Notes under the pieces: generated by a model | Databases searched by the model: none | Told to the model about the DNA's origin: nothing | The model's input: the letters and a program-made list of their open reading frames with translations, nothing else | Position numbers and translations under genes: made by a program | Shown here: one piece after another, positions 9,599-19,661 of the stretch | How positions within the stretch are numbered: the stretch's first letter is position 1 | Layout: each line of letters begins with the position of its first letter | From: an uncultured Verrucomicrobiae bacterium | GTDB lineage: Bacteria > Verrucomicrobiota > Verrucomicrobiia > Limisphaerales > Palsa-1400 | Length of the DNA: 64,000 nt | Direction: 5' to 3' | Assembly (NCBI GenBank): GCA_963702845.1 | Contig: OY969763.1 | Coordinates: 1,696,001 to 1,760,000 of the forward strand

Positions 9599-9889
9599 TT
9601 GAAGTTTGAACTGCGAGGCTCGGAGTTTGGAATGATTGTTGCGCGGCGAATCAATTGGTTGCTTACGATTGTCGTTGTTGTGATGTGTTTTGCCGTAAAT
9701 CTTAATGGCGAAGTTTTTGGCTTGAGTGCGCCTACTTCATATTGGTTTGCGACGGCATGTGTCACTACTGGTTTAGTTTGCGTGGGATTCTTGATGGCAA
9801 AGAGAGATTCGTCACTATTGGTTTTTTCCAGCGCAACGATTTACCTTGGGGTTCTTTTTACACTGATCTGCAATCGACTGGGTATATGA
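9599..9889 (+). CDS. Small membrane protein
   Basis: Three hydrophobic segments. Confidence 0.5.
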   Translation: MKFELRGSEFGMIVARRINWLLTIVVVVMCFAVNLNGEVFGLSAPTSYWFATACVTTGLVCVGFLMAKRDSSLLVFSSATIYLGVLFTLICNRLGI

Positions 9890-10227
9890 GCCGTCTTCGA
9901 AAAATATTGTTGCTGGGCGCAGTTGCGGTAGCGGTCGGCGTCGCCGCCCAAGCTCCGGGCCAGACCAATGTTTATTTCGTGGCACCGTATTCCGGAGGAA
10001 CTTCTTACAGACAACTTTGTTCGTTTGAACTCCCATTCCCGCCATACCACTACAAGTTTACACAGCGAAGTCGCTACGAGGACGCGGACGGTTTGGTTAT
10101 CATCGACGTCGGGCATGAAAAGGAACGAGGCGGCGTTCTACGTCGATATCTGGATGTCGAATGCGGCACAGAGTCATTTACCCTGCCACTGGACCGCCCG
10201 CAACCGCTGCGCCAAACGGTTCGGTGA
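9886..10227 (+). CDS. Hypothetical secreted protein
   Basis: Signal peptide; ATGA overlap with upstream gene. Confidence 0.55.
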   Translation: MSRLRKILLLGAVAVAVGVAAQAPGQTNVYFVAPYSGGTSYRQLCSFELPFPPYHYKFTQRSRYEDADGLVIIDVGHEKERGGVLRRYLDVECGTESFTLPLDRPQPLRQTVR

Positions 10228-10984
10228 TATTCGAACGAGTTAACTCCTTCGTCGCCGCTCCGCGAAAGTGACACTCCGTTTTGGGTGGTTTGGTCCCGGC
10301 ACCGAAGGGCGTGTTGCCGAATCTGGAATTGGTGACGATGGACGCAACCCCAATTGGGGTAGAGGTGTTTTTTGGTCGTGTTACCCAGGGTAGCCCAGCA
10401 CTTTGCCGTGCGCCTTCAAAGTATTGGGCAACCTTGGGCTAAGTGATGGAACCGCGTTGCGGTTCTGGTGGGCGAAGAAGTGGAAAATGGGATCCCCTGT
10501 GCATTTGACCGCAAATTGACCAGGTCAAAACGCGTGTTTCTTCTTTGTTTTCAACGGGTTGTCGCGTACGGGGTGTTTACATTTTGACCGCTGTTCCCGG
10601 GCTTGGGTTTCCTCTTTAACGTGGGATTGTGAATAATTTTACCGAAAAATCTTGGGGCGACACCCCGTAACTGTCCAACCCCCCTCTGTAAAATGGACGG
10701 CATGAAAACAAATGTCTCACGACAACCAGAGTGGTGGGCGGCACTGCCCGAATCGGAAAAAGCAGTCCTGCGGAATGTAGTTAACGCAATTCGAACACTA
10801 AGAAGAAGCAGGTCCCCGCAGATAGCCGGCGCGGCTCAGAAATGGGATGCGAGCATCTGCTGCTTTATCAAGACGCGGTTAGTAAATCGGCGCGGCAAAC
10901 GCTCATTTGACTCGTCGGCGCCCGCCTCCTCGGCCGGTCCGGCTTCTGCCTCCGGCAAACTCCTTTCGCCGGTTCCCAACCGGC

Positions 10985-11425
10985 TCAAGTCCCACGCAAC
11001 AATCGGGCGTAACCAACAAGGTGGCGCTGGAGCTCGGCATTAACTGGACATTGACTGCGTAACCACTCTATCGCGTCCTCAACATCTTTTGTAAGACGGA
11101 CACCATCATGTCGGCCAACTTTTCCAGCTTCTTCAGCGGTGCCGTGAATTTTTATCTCTACCAGATTAGCGCCGAGGATGTTGGCGGCTCTCGCTGGATG
11201 AAGCGCGTCGGTGCAGCGGGCGGCGATGATCTCAGCCTGGGCCTTGGAGTCGGCGGCGAAGACTTTGAGTATGGCGACGAAATGCTGATTGCTGAAATCC
11301 TGGGATTCGCCGCTCAACACGCGGCTGATGTAGCTGCGGGAGACTCCGGACTGGCGGGAAATGTCGGAATGGGTAATGCCGCGTTCGTCGCTGATGCGTT
11401 GCAGGGTGGTTCCGAGAAAGCTCAT
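10985..11425 (-). CDS. XRE-family HTH repressor
   Basis: RGITHSDISRQSGVSRSYISRVLSGE; divergent from the early operon. Confidence 0.85.
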   Translation of the reverse strand: MSFLGTTLQRISDERGITHSDISRQSGVSRSYISRVLSGESQDFSNQHFVAILKVFAADSKAQAEIIAARCTDALHPARAANILGANLVEIKIHGTAEEAGKVGRHDGVRLTKDVEDAIEWLRSQCPVNAELQRHLVGYARLLRGT

Positions 11426-11768
11426 TTAGAAGTTGAGGGTTTTTGGTTGAGTGTTGAGTGCCGATCGGCGGCGACATTTTTTTGCATTGCGATGCGCAGT
11501 TTATGCGCCTGTGACGCAATTGCAACGCTTGGGCTGACAACAATTTGCGCGCAAACGGAAGCAACGAGCCGCAAATCACAAAAAATTCGCGTCAACATTT
11601 TTTCAAAACTTTTTTCATGCGCGAAAAGTGTAGCGCCTTTCGCTTACTTGCGCGTCTTTTCGCGAATCTTCGCAAGGGGTTTTCAGCAGCAAAAAAGAAA
11701 ATTCAAAACGTGCGCTATAACTGGCTCGTTCGCCAAAACAGTAGCGCGATAGGTGAAGCAATTTAATT

Positions 11769-12005
11769 ATGAAAACGGAAAGTCAAACACAAGTGGATAA
11801 CGGGACCGCTCCTGCTGAGCCTTATATCAATAAGCAGGAACTCGCCAAACGAATGAACAAAAAGCTGCGCACGGTGGATAACTGGATGCGGCGCGGAATG
11901 ATTCCCTACTACAAGATCGGCCATTCCGTGCTCTTCAAGTGGAGCGAAGTGGATTCGCACCTCGGATCTACCTGCCGGAAAACGGGGTTTTCATCCACCT
12001 GTTGA
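11769..12005 (+). CDS. Excisionase/AlpA-like HTH protein
   Basis: YINKQELAKRM..RTVDNWMRRGMIPYYKIGHSVLF. Confidence 0.85.
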   Translation: MKTESQTQVDNGTAPAEPYINKQELAKRMNKKLRTVDNWMRRGMIPYYKIGHSVLFKWSEVDSHLGSTCRKTGFSSTC

Positions 12006-12016
12006 AAACAAAGCAG

Positions 12017-12457
12017 ATGAACTCAAGAAACAAAGGCAAACGCGGAGAGCGATTGTGGCGCGATGAATTGCGCGCCAACGGTTACACGGCGCGGCGCGGC
12101 CAGCAATTCTCCGGCTCGCCTGATTCGCCCGATGTGATTTGCGATGCCTTGCCGTGGATTCACTTCGAAGTCAAAGCGGTTGAGAAGTTGAACATCGAAG
12201 ACGCGATGGATCAAGCGCGGCGGGACGCGGTGGCACCGAAAGCCCAATCAAAAACTCCAATCGTCGCGCACAAGCGCAGCTTCCGCGCGTGGCTCGTCAC
12301 GATGGATTCCGAAACATTTTTCAAATTTCTGCGCGGCGAGCTTCCGCTCGACGGCACGGCGCTTCGCGCAAAAAGCGACGCGTCGGAACCCCGCGCAGAT
12401 CAACAAACCCCAAATCCTGAAAGGAAAGATAATACCAATGAAGATCAAACAGTCTGA
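12017..12457 (+). CDS. Phage Holliday-junction-resolvase-like PD-(D/E)XK protein
   Basis: MNSRNKGKRGER...SPDVI...HFEVK. Confidence 0.75.
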   Translation: MNSRNKGKRGERLWRDELRANGYTARRGQQFSGSPDSPDVICDALPWIHFEVKAVEKLNIEDAMDQARRDAVAPKAQSKTPIVAHKRSFRAWLVTMDSETFFKFLRGELPLDGTALRAKSDASEPRADQQTPNPERKDNTNEDQTV

Positions 12458-13199
12458 AAATTACGAACCGTGCCCCGAATTTACGGGTCGCGCGGTTTGT
12501 GTAGATGTAACCCCGCTGCGCAAGCAGCAAAGCGAATTCGGCGAACGCAACGTGTTCAAGGTCGTTTTCGAGGTCGACAAGGAGCGCGAGGACAAAACGC
12601 GCTTCGCGGTCTGGTCCAAGAATTTCACGCCGACGCTGAATGAGAAGGCGAACTTCCGCAAATTCCTGCGCGGCTGGTTCGGTCGCGATCTCACGCAAGC
12701 TGAGTTGAGCGATTTCGATACGGAAACGCTGATTGGCAAGACCGCGAACCTCGTCGTCCTGCATGAGCACAAGGACGGCAAGGTTTACTCGAACATAATC
12801 GCCTGCACTCCTGATAAGAGCGGCAATCCGCTGCAACCCTCCGGGACGTTCGTCCGCAGGAAGGACCGCACTGATGAACCCGAGCAATCGGAGCCTGCTA
12901 GCAATGGCGCGAACGGTAGCAGCGCTGGCGGCGCGTATCGCCGTTCCCAGCAACCTGCGAACAACGGTGCGTCCGTTGATCACTCTTCGGTAAAGGTACA
13001 CGTCGGGCGCTGCGCCGGTTTGGAGTTGCGCGACTTGAGCGCTGAACAAGTGAGCGCGCTCGCTGATAAATGGCTGCCGGGCGCGAAAGCGGCACCGAAG
13101 CAAACCGCCGATGACAAGCGGCTGATTGCTGCACTCGCATGGTTCGTTGATCAAATCGAGGCCGCGACGGTCGCTGCCAAGGACGACCTCACCTATTAA
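12438..13199 (+). CDS. Phage replication-region protein (possible ssDNA-binding)
   Basis: Operon position; TLNEKANFRKFL..W.GR motif typical of phage early genes. Confidence 0.55.
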   Translation: MKIKQSENYEPCPEFTGRAVCVDVTPLRKQQSEFGERNVFKVVFEVDKEREDKTRFAVWSKNFTPTLNEKANFRKFLRGWFGRDLTQAELSDFDTETLIGKTANLVVLHEHKDGKVYSNIIACTPDKSGNPLQPSGTFVRRKDRTDEPEQSEPASNGANGSSAGGAYRRSQQPANNGASVDHSSVKVHVGRCAGLELRDLSAEQVSALADKWLPGAKAAPKQTADDKRLIAALAWFVDQIEAATVAAKDDLTY

Positions 13200-13266
13200 C
13201 CCATGACGCCAAGGTCATGCGGGGTCAGTCACACGACTGGCCCCGCGTTCTTGGGGAGGAATTTTT

Positions 13267-14103
13267 ATGACACTTATTGAACGACAAGCGCCGAGCCACT
13301 GGTATTTGCAGGATGGCCGGCCATTCCATCAAATCGCAAAGAAGGACGGCAGCGGCAACCGCGCCGTCACGCTCGCCGATGCACGCAAGGTGCTCGCGCT
13401 TCCGAGCGTCACAAATATTTTGGGCGTGCTCGCCAAACCTGGGCTCGATGCTTGGAAGATCGAGCAAGGCATCATGGCGGCGCTGACGCTGCCGCGTAAT
13501 GCAGACGAACCGCTCGATACGTTTGCTCGTCGTGTCGTCACTGACATGAGCGAGCAGGTTGAGAAGGCGGCTGATTTTGGCACGGCGATTCATGCGGCGT
13601 GCGAGGCTTACGCAATCAACAAGGAACTTCCCACCGACCAAGCGGTGCTTGGATTCATCCGGGATTGGGTGCGGTGGTTCGATGAGAATGTGGAGCGCAT
13701 TGATTGCGTTGAGCAAGTCGTGGTGCATCCAACGGCGCTTTATGCCGGTCGCGTCGATATGATCGCCAAGATCAAGGATCTCGGCTGGTGTGTTGTTGAT
13801 TTCAAAACGCAGAAGGTGAAACGCTCGGCCAAGGGCGAGCCAAAGGCTGCGTTCTACGAAGCTTGGCCGCTCCAGCTCGCGGCATATCGGCAAGCGGCGC
13901 TTGCATCCAGTGGAAAGTACCTCACGGGACTAGTCTCAGTTGTAATCGACAGCGTCGAACCGGGTCCGGTTCACGTCAAAGTCTGGGCCGACAACATCGA
14001 CTACATGAAGGTGTTCAGCGCGGCGTATATGGCGTGGAGATACATCAAGTGTTACTCGCCGAACGAGACGGCGTTCAACTCGCCGAATCCTGAACTCAAT
14101 TAA
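13267..14103 (+). CDS. PD-(D/E)XK exonuclease (RecB/Cas4-like, phage)
   Basis: LPSVTNIL; GTAIH; YAGRVD..VVDFKT; QLAAY. Confidence 0.85.
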   Translation: MTLIERQAPSHWYLQDGRPFHQIAKKDGSGNRAVTLADARKVLALPSVTNILGVLAKPGLDAWKIEQGIMAALTLPRNADEPLDTFARRVVTDMSEQVEKAADFGTAIHAACEAYAINKELPTDQAVLGFIRDWVRWFDENVERIDCVEQVVVHPTALYAGRVDMIAKIKDLGWCVVDFKTQKVKRSAKGEPKAAFYEAWPLQLAAYRQAALASSGKYLTGLVSVVIDSVEPGPVHVKVWADNIDYMKVFSAAYMAWRYIKCYSPNETAFNSPNPELN

Positions 14104-14504
14104 CGACGTAAAAACGTTGAGAGGAATCTGCGAATGCAACTGACCTTTTTATCTGATGCACCGAGTGCGTCGTACAAACGTCGGCCCGGCGCCAGCAATG
14201 GCGTCAGGTCGTCGTCTGGAAGTTCTTTGATCAATGGTTCCTCGGAAATCGTGCGCCACGGAAGCGTTGTCATCGCATCGTGGAAAGATTCTGACGCAGC
14301 ACGCTGCTCCGGGGTGAGTGCCGCAATCGCTTCTGAGTCACGCAAACAGTCGAACAAATCCCAAAGCCGGAAAAAAATGGCCGAATCTTTCGTGCCTGCG
14401 GGCCACCCCCTCCGATTCACGTCACGCGGGTGTAGCTCAAGAAGAAAGCTTAACGGAAGCCGCGGTGCGTGCATGACCGCTTCTTTTTGTTCCTTTGAGA
14501 GCAT
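14100..14504 (-). CDS. Hypothetical protein antisense within the early operon
   Basis: Fills the gap between nuclease and helicase. Confidence 0.5.
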   Translation of the reverse strand: MLSKEQKEAVMHAPRLPLSFLLELHPRDVNRRGWPAGTKDSAIFFRLWDLFDCLRDSEAIAALTPEQRAASESFHDAMTTLPWRTISEEPLIKELPDDDLTPLLAPGRRLYDALGASDKKVSCIRRFLSTFLRR

Positions 14505-14572
14505 ACCTGCGGGAAGTATTCGCGTTGGATTGCCGCGCGCAACAACAAACCTTTCGGCCCTCTCCTGACTTT

Positions 14573-15883
14573 ATGAATACTTGGCACAACTTCGACGCAG
14601 ACGTGGAGGCCGCCGTCACTGAGGAAAAACGTTTTCTCGGCGCGGCGCACGGCGGGCGCAACGTGTTCCTTACCGGCATGGCCGGCACGGGCAAAAGCAC
14701 GTTGCTCCGAAAGTTCATTCAGGAATGCGCGCGCAAAGTCGATGTCACCGCGCCAACGGGTGTCGCGGCGCTGAACGTGTCGGGTATGACGATTCACCGG
14801 TTTTGCGGGATGATGCTCGGGCCGCAACTTGGGCAATCGAACGAAGATTACTACGGCGTGCTTCGTCGCGATCCGCGCAAGTCGATCCTCGCCGGGTTTA
14901 ATCGGGTGAAGCGATGCGAGATCCTCGTCATCGACGAAATCTCGATGCTGCCAGGTCGGCAGTTGGATTTTATCGAATATCTGTTCCGGCGATTGCGTGG
15001 AAGCGACGAGCCGTTTGGTGGCGTGCAGGTCATCGTGATTGGTGACTTTCTCCAACTGCCACCCGTGCGCACACTAGCGTGTGGGCCACATGGCGAAGAG
15101 CTCCCTTACGATTGGGCGTTTCAATCGCAATCGTGGGAACGCGCAGAGTTCAAAACGATCATTCTCGAAAAAGTGCGGCGGCAAGATGAGCCGAGCTTTG
15201 TTCGCGCATTGGGGAATTTCCGCGTCGGCAATGTTTGGGGAGAAACGGCGCGGATTCTGCAATCGCGCATTCGCAATTTTCCGCCCGCGAATTTGACGCG
15301 GCTCTACACGCACAACGTGCAAGTGGACAAGTGGAACGAGTTTCAGCTTTCCGAATTGCCTGGCGTTGAAACGGTCTTGGTTGCGGAGCAAAGCGGCCCT
15401 GAGCAGCAACGGGAGTTTCTGAAAAAGAATTTGCTCACACCTGAAACGCTGCGGTTGAAGCTCGGCGCAATGGTGATGTTCACCATCAACCGGCAAGCGG
15501 GGCTTGCATCCAATAAGCCCCTGTTCGTTAACGGTCAGATTGGGATTGTTGAGAAGGTTGGACAGTCCGTCGTCACGGTGCGCACTGCGAACGGTGACGA
15601 AATCGAGGTTGAGCCGTTCACGTGGCGTTATGCGCAAGATGATCCTGAGTCGGGCTCATTCACGCAATTTCCGCTGCGGCTGGCGTGGGCGATGACGATT
15701 CATAAATCACAAGGTCTGACGTTGGACGCCGCGTATTTGGATATCCGCGCGGCGCGCGACCCTGGGCAAGCCTACGTCGCGGTGTCGCGGGTGCGATCAC
15801 TGGCCGGCTTGCATTTCAAAGATTGGTTTAAAGGAGTCCACGTGTCGCCCGAGGCGATTCGTTTTTACAAGGAGAGTTTATGA
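14573..15883 (+). CDS. Pif1/RecD-like SF1B helicase
   Basis: GMAGTGKS; APTGVAA; IDEISM; GDFLQLPPV; WAMTIHKSQGLT; YVAVSR. Confidence 0.93.
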   Translation: MNTWHNFDADVEAAVTEEKRFLGAAHGGRNVFLTGMAGTGKSTLLRKFIQECARKVDVTAPTGVAALNVSGMTIHRFCGMMLGPQLGQSNEDYYGVLRRDPRKSILAGFNRVKRCEILVIDEISMLPGRQLDFIEYLFRRLRGSDEPFGGVQVIVIGDFLQLPPVRTLACGPHGEELPYDWAFQSQSWERAEFKTIILEKVRRQDEPSFVRALGNFRVGNVWGETARILQSRIRNFPPANLTRLYTHNVQVDKWNEFQLSELPGVETVLVAEQSGPEQQREFLKKNLLTPETLRLKLGAMVMFTINRQAGLASNKPLFVNGQIGIVEKVGQSVVTVRTANGDEIEVEPFTWRYAQDDPESGSFTQFPLRLAWAMTIHKSQGLTLDAAYLDIRAARDPGQAYVAVSRVRSLAGLHFKDWFKGVHVSPEAIRFYKESL

Positions 15884-16230
15884 TTACAGCGAAGAACAAA
15901 GATATAAAATGGTTCAGGAGTTTGCAGTCCGACGAGCAGGGACGGCCAAAATGGGTGTTCGTGGGCATCGGTCCAAACGGTGAGTTTTGGGTAAAGCAGT
16001 GTGAGGTTCCTTATCTCGGAGATGATGTCTGGGACCAAGCGGAAGATCACTCGCAGCCACTGGTGCTGATTCAGCGCGGGAATGTTTACGTGAATGTGGC
16101 GTTCGCAGCCGAGCTCACGACGAGCGAGTTCACCAGAGGGGAAATAACAGGTTTTATCGCGACGATGATGAAAGTTCTGCAACCGGAGCGTGATTCACAT
16201 GAGGCGATTCGGTTTTACGAGAGGAACTGA
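15880..16230 (+). CDS. Hypothetical phage protein
   Basis: ATGA overlap with helicase stop. Confidence 0.55.
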   Translation: MITAKNKDIKWFRSLQSDEQGRPKWVFVGIGPNGEFWVKQCEVPYLGDDVWDQAEDHSQPLVLIQRGNVYVNVAFAAELTTSEFTRGEITGFIATMMKVLQPERDSHEAIRFYERN

Positions 16231-16484
16231 CCGAATGAACCACGAGGTGAAAACTCGGTTACGCGATTACAGCCATGCATCGAACGCTGTGCGCGTTTGT
16301 TTCATACGCGGAAATAATAATTCGATTGATTTGATTGTCGCGGTTGCGACGGAGCTTATGAAACACCGACGGCGAACAACGCGTCGACAGGGTAAACGAG
16401 ATGACACGGTTCGGTTCGTCAAAGTCGACGTCCTGAACTTCGCAAACGAAGTTTTCATTACTGTCAAACAGTGAGTAGTCGGCC

Positions 16485-18473
16485 ATGAACGCAATATCAA
16501 ATACAGATGCCGAGTCGGCGAGGCAACCTGATTCCAGAAGTTTGGCACAGGTGACGGCGCTTCTCGGCGAAGATGTTTTCTTCGTGCCATGCGAATGGGG
16601 AACAAAGCGGCCGCTGGTCACGTACGTGGCGCGACCGTTCGAAGCGACGAAGACGGATGCGTATCGCGCTATCTTTTCGGCGCGAGAAACAAACATTGCC
16701 GTTTACCTTGGGAAGATTTCGGGCGGGCTGTGTGCGATTGATTTTGATTCGGACGCAGACCTTGCGACGTTTCTCGCGCTCAATCCGAAACTGGAAACAA
16801 CGACGCGATCGCGCGGCAGTCGCGGCGCGATGTTGTGGATCCGCATTCAAGGTGATTTTCCAAAGAGCTGCAATCCTGAGCACAAGCATTTCGAGTGGCG
16901 AGCGGATGGGCGGCTTTCAACTATTTACGGCCGGCATCCGGCAGGCATGGATTACCAGCTTGTCGTTGATGCCGTGCCTGTGTCTTTGCCTTTCGCCGAG
17001 ATCGTGTGGCCGAAGGAATGGGAACTGCCCTGGCTGAATGGGAGCGATGAGAAACTACGCGAGCGGCACGGTGAACCGTTTTACACGAATGACAAGGGTG
17101 CACTGACGGGAATCAACGAGGAGTATTGGGCGGGATTGCACGCGGCGGAGCATGAGATTCTTTTCGAGCCTGAAGAGTTGGAGTTCTACGACTACAAGTC
17201 GGAGACCGGGCTGTACGAAGTGGAATCCATAGACGCGGTGCGAAACAAGATTTCCAGTCGCATGCTGGAAGCGTCGCGGCAAGCGAAGGTGTTTGATCTG
17301 CAAAAGAAACGCACGGCTAAGACGCTCAATTCTATCATTTCGCATCTGCGCGGGATTGCGGAAAAGCGCGATGCGTTCAAGGAGAAGCGAAAAACGATTC
17401 ACCTGGCGAACGGCGTTGTTGTGTTCAATGGCACCGACGCGGAACTGCGGCCGTTCTCTCCTGACTTCCGGTCGCGCAACCGCTCGCCGATTGCGTTCGA
17501 TGAGAACGCAAAGTGCGATCGGTTTCTGAATGAACTGGTCTTGCCTGCGGTGCATCCCGAGGACGTCGGTCTATTGCAGCGATTTGCCGGCCTGATGCTG
17601 CTCGGGCACAACCGAGCGCAGCGGTTTTTGATTTTAGACGGTGAAGCCGGGCGCGGCAAAACGCAGTTTGCGAACGTCATGCAAGGCTTGGTCGGGATGG
17701 CGAACGCGACGCAACTCCGAACGAAATACCTGGGCGAACGTTTCGAGCTGTATCGGTATCTGAAAAGGACGCTGCTGGTCGGCGTCGACGTGGAAGCGGA
17801 TTTTTTGAGCACGAAAGGTGCGGCGATTCTGAAAGGGTTGGTTGGCGGCGATTGGTTCGACGCCGAACAGAAAGGCGGCACGGGTTCTTTTCAGGTGCAA
17901 GGCACGTTCAACGTGTTGATCACGTCGAACGCGCGGCTGCGCGTTCGTTTACAGGGGGACGTGGGCGCTTGGCGTCGTCGTTTGAACATCGTGCGCTACG
18001 AAGCGCCTCCGCCTCCGCGTAAGATTCCAGACTTTGGCGGTTATCTGGTCCGCACGGAAGGCAGCGGCATTTTGAATTGGGCACTGGAAGGCGCGCAAAA
18101 GGTTCTCACCGAAATTCCCGATGAAGGGGGCGACTTTGTTCTGACTGCGCGTCAGCGCGGCATTGTGGATTCGTTGCTCGCGGAGAGCGACAGTTTGCGG
18201 TGCTTCCTCCAGGACCGGCTTATCGCCGACACTTACGGGGATCTGACGGTAAGCGAGATTGTTGAGGCTTATGCTGCGTATTGCCCAGAACGGCATTGGC
18301 ATCCGATGCCGATCACGGAAGTGCAGAGCAAGCTCGAAGGGTTAATGCTTGAAATGTTCGGCGTTACCAAACGGCACGACGTCACGCGCGATGATAAGAA
18401 CCAGCGCGGATTTAGCGGCGTGAAGTTCGTTGCACAAGCGGACAGCGCGGAAGCGGAAAGGCTCGCGATATGA
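16485..18473 (+). CDS. Primase-polymerase fused to D5/P4-type SF3 helicase
   Basis: NIAVYLG..LCAIDFD prim-pol; GEAGRGKT Walker A; GAWRRRL. Confidence 0.88.
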   Translation: MNAISNTDAESARQPDSRSLAQVTALLGEDVFFVPCEWGTKRPLVTYVARPFEATKTDAYRAIFSARETNIAVYLGKISGGLCAIDFDSDADLATFLALNPKLETTTRSRGSRGAMLWIRIQGDFPKSCNPEHKHFEWRADGRLSTIYGRHPAGMDYQLVVDAVPVSLPFAEIVWPKEWELPWLNGSDEKLRERHGEPFYTNDKGALTGINEEYWAGLHAAEHEILFEPEELEFYDYKSETGLYEVESIDAVRNKISSRMLEASRQAKVFDLQKKRTAKTLNSIISHLRGIAEKRDAFKEKRKTIHLANGVVVFNGTDAELRPFSPDFRSRNRSPIAFDENAKCDRFLNELVLPAVHPEDVGLLQRFAGLMLLGHNRAQRFLILDGEAGRGKTQFANVMQGLVGMANATQLRTKYLGERFELYRYLKRTLLVGVDVEADFLSTKGAAILKGLVGGDWFDAEQKGGTGSFQVQGTFNVLITSNARLRVRLQGDVGAWRRRLNIVRYEAPPPPRKIPDFGGYLVRTEGSGILNWALEGAQKVLTEIPDEGGDFVLTARQRGIVDSLLAESDSLRCFLQDRLIADTYGDLTVSEIVEAYAAYCPERHWHPMPITEVQSKLEGLMLEMFGVTKRHDVTRDDKNQRGFSGVKFVAQADSAEAERLAI

Positions 18474-19072
18474 GTCTGGACGTTTCGAAGCTGGAGAAGG
18501 TTGTCGATCTGGCGAACGGCATGAAGCGCGCGCGTTGTCCGGCCTGTGCTGAAACAGGCAGCGACAAAACCGGTGTGCATCTTCGCGTCTATCCCGATGG
18601 CCGATTCGGTTGCTGCGTGCACCCACAAGACAAGGAGCATCGGAAGCGAATCTTTGCCCTGGCCGGCGAGCGGACGACTGCGCAACGGCGCGGGATCGTC
18701 GTCAAGGTGGCGGCGGTCAAAATCAGTCAGCCGGTAAAGTTGCGAATTCTTGTGCAAGTTGGGCAGTCGTTTGCGGCGGACGCTTCGGACGCCTCTTTGC
18801 AAGTCGAAATGACTTCGGAAAATTGTCGGACGGCTCGGACGGGTGAAACGAAGTCCAACGGCGAAACTGTTGAAGAATCTCGGACGCTACGGACGGGTTC
18901 TCTTTACTCTTTTAACGGGGCAGAAAAAACAGAAGAAAATAATAGTAATACGCTAAAAGACTTTCGCCCCCCCGTCCGTAGCGTCCGAGAGTGTCAAACG
19001 GATGGAACTGTGGTGGACGAAACAGACGCCGAAATTTTAGAAAGGATGGAAAGCGATGCCTCTCCCTTTTGA
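18470..19072 (+). CDS. Zn-finger-containing phage protein
   Basis: RARCPAC...HL...FGCC. Confidence 0.6.
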   Translation: MSLDVSKLEKVVDLANGMKRARCPACAETGSDKTGVHLRVYPDGRFGCCVHPQDKEHRKRIFALAGERTTAQRRGIVVKVAAVKISQPVKLRILVQVGQSFAADASDASLQVEMTSENCRTARTGETKSNGETVEESRTLRTGSLYSFNGAEKTEENNSNTLKDFRPPVRSVRECQTDGTVVDETDAEILERMESDASPF

Positions 19073-19661
19073 ACAGCAACCCCGTGAGTCGGATAAAGCG
19101 TTTGCGGCGTTCAGTTTGTATCTGAGCGATGGTCCGCAACGGTCCGCCGAGTCGGTAGCAAAGAAGTTAGCAAAGAGTGCACACCTTGTGCGGAGGTGGG
19201 CGAGCAAGTTCGATTGGGTGGCGCGGGTGAAGGCGCATGCGGCGCATTTGGCGATTGTCGAACGGGAAGCGACGGAGGCTTTGACTCGCGGCAAGGCGGC
19301 GGAATGGGTCAGCCGACAAGAGGCGCATCGCGAGGAGGAATGGAAGATGCGCGGGGAGTTGATCGAGCTCGCGCGTGAGGCCATTGCGCGATGGAAGAAA
19401 GCGCCGCAACGGTGTGGCACGCTGGAAGGCATCGCGCGACTGCTGGATTTGGCGAGCAAGCTGGGGCGGTTGTCGTCGGGCATGGCGACGGATCGAACGG
19501 AAGTGAGCGGCGAACTGACGGCGACGCTGAAGCTCGAGTTCGTCCAGGCACTGGATGAGGTCTACGGGACGGCAGTGCCGTCGGCCATTCTGTCCCCTGC
19601 TCCCGCGATCGACGCCGAAGTTGTTACGGAACCGAAAGCGTTGCCGGAGGCGAAGAAATGA
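19056..19661 (+). CDS. Probable terminase small subunit
   Basis: ESDKAFAAF..RWASKFDWVARV HTH directly upstream of terL. Confidence 0.7.
   Translation: MPLPFEQQPRESDKAFAAFSLYLSDGPQRSAESVAKKLAKSAHLVRRWASKFDWVARVKAHAAHLAIVEREATEALTRGKAAEWVSRQEAHREEEWKMRGELIELAREAIARWKKAPQRCGTLEGIARLLDLASKLGRLSSGMATDRTEVSGELTATLKLEFVQALDEVYGTAVPSAILSPAPAIDAEVVTEPKALPEAKK

Noticed and set aside
13267..14103. cas4 gene
   Set aside because: Lacks the Fe-S cysteine cluster and sits in a phage replication operon
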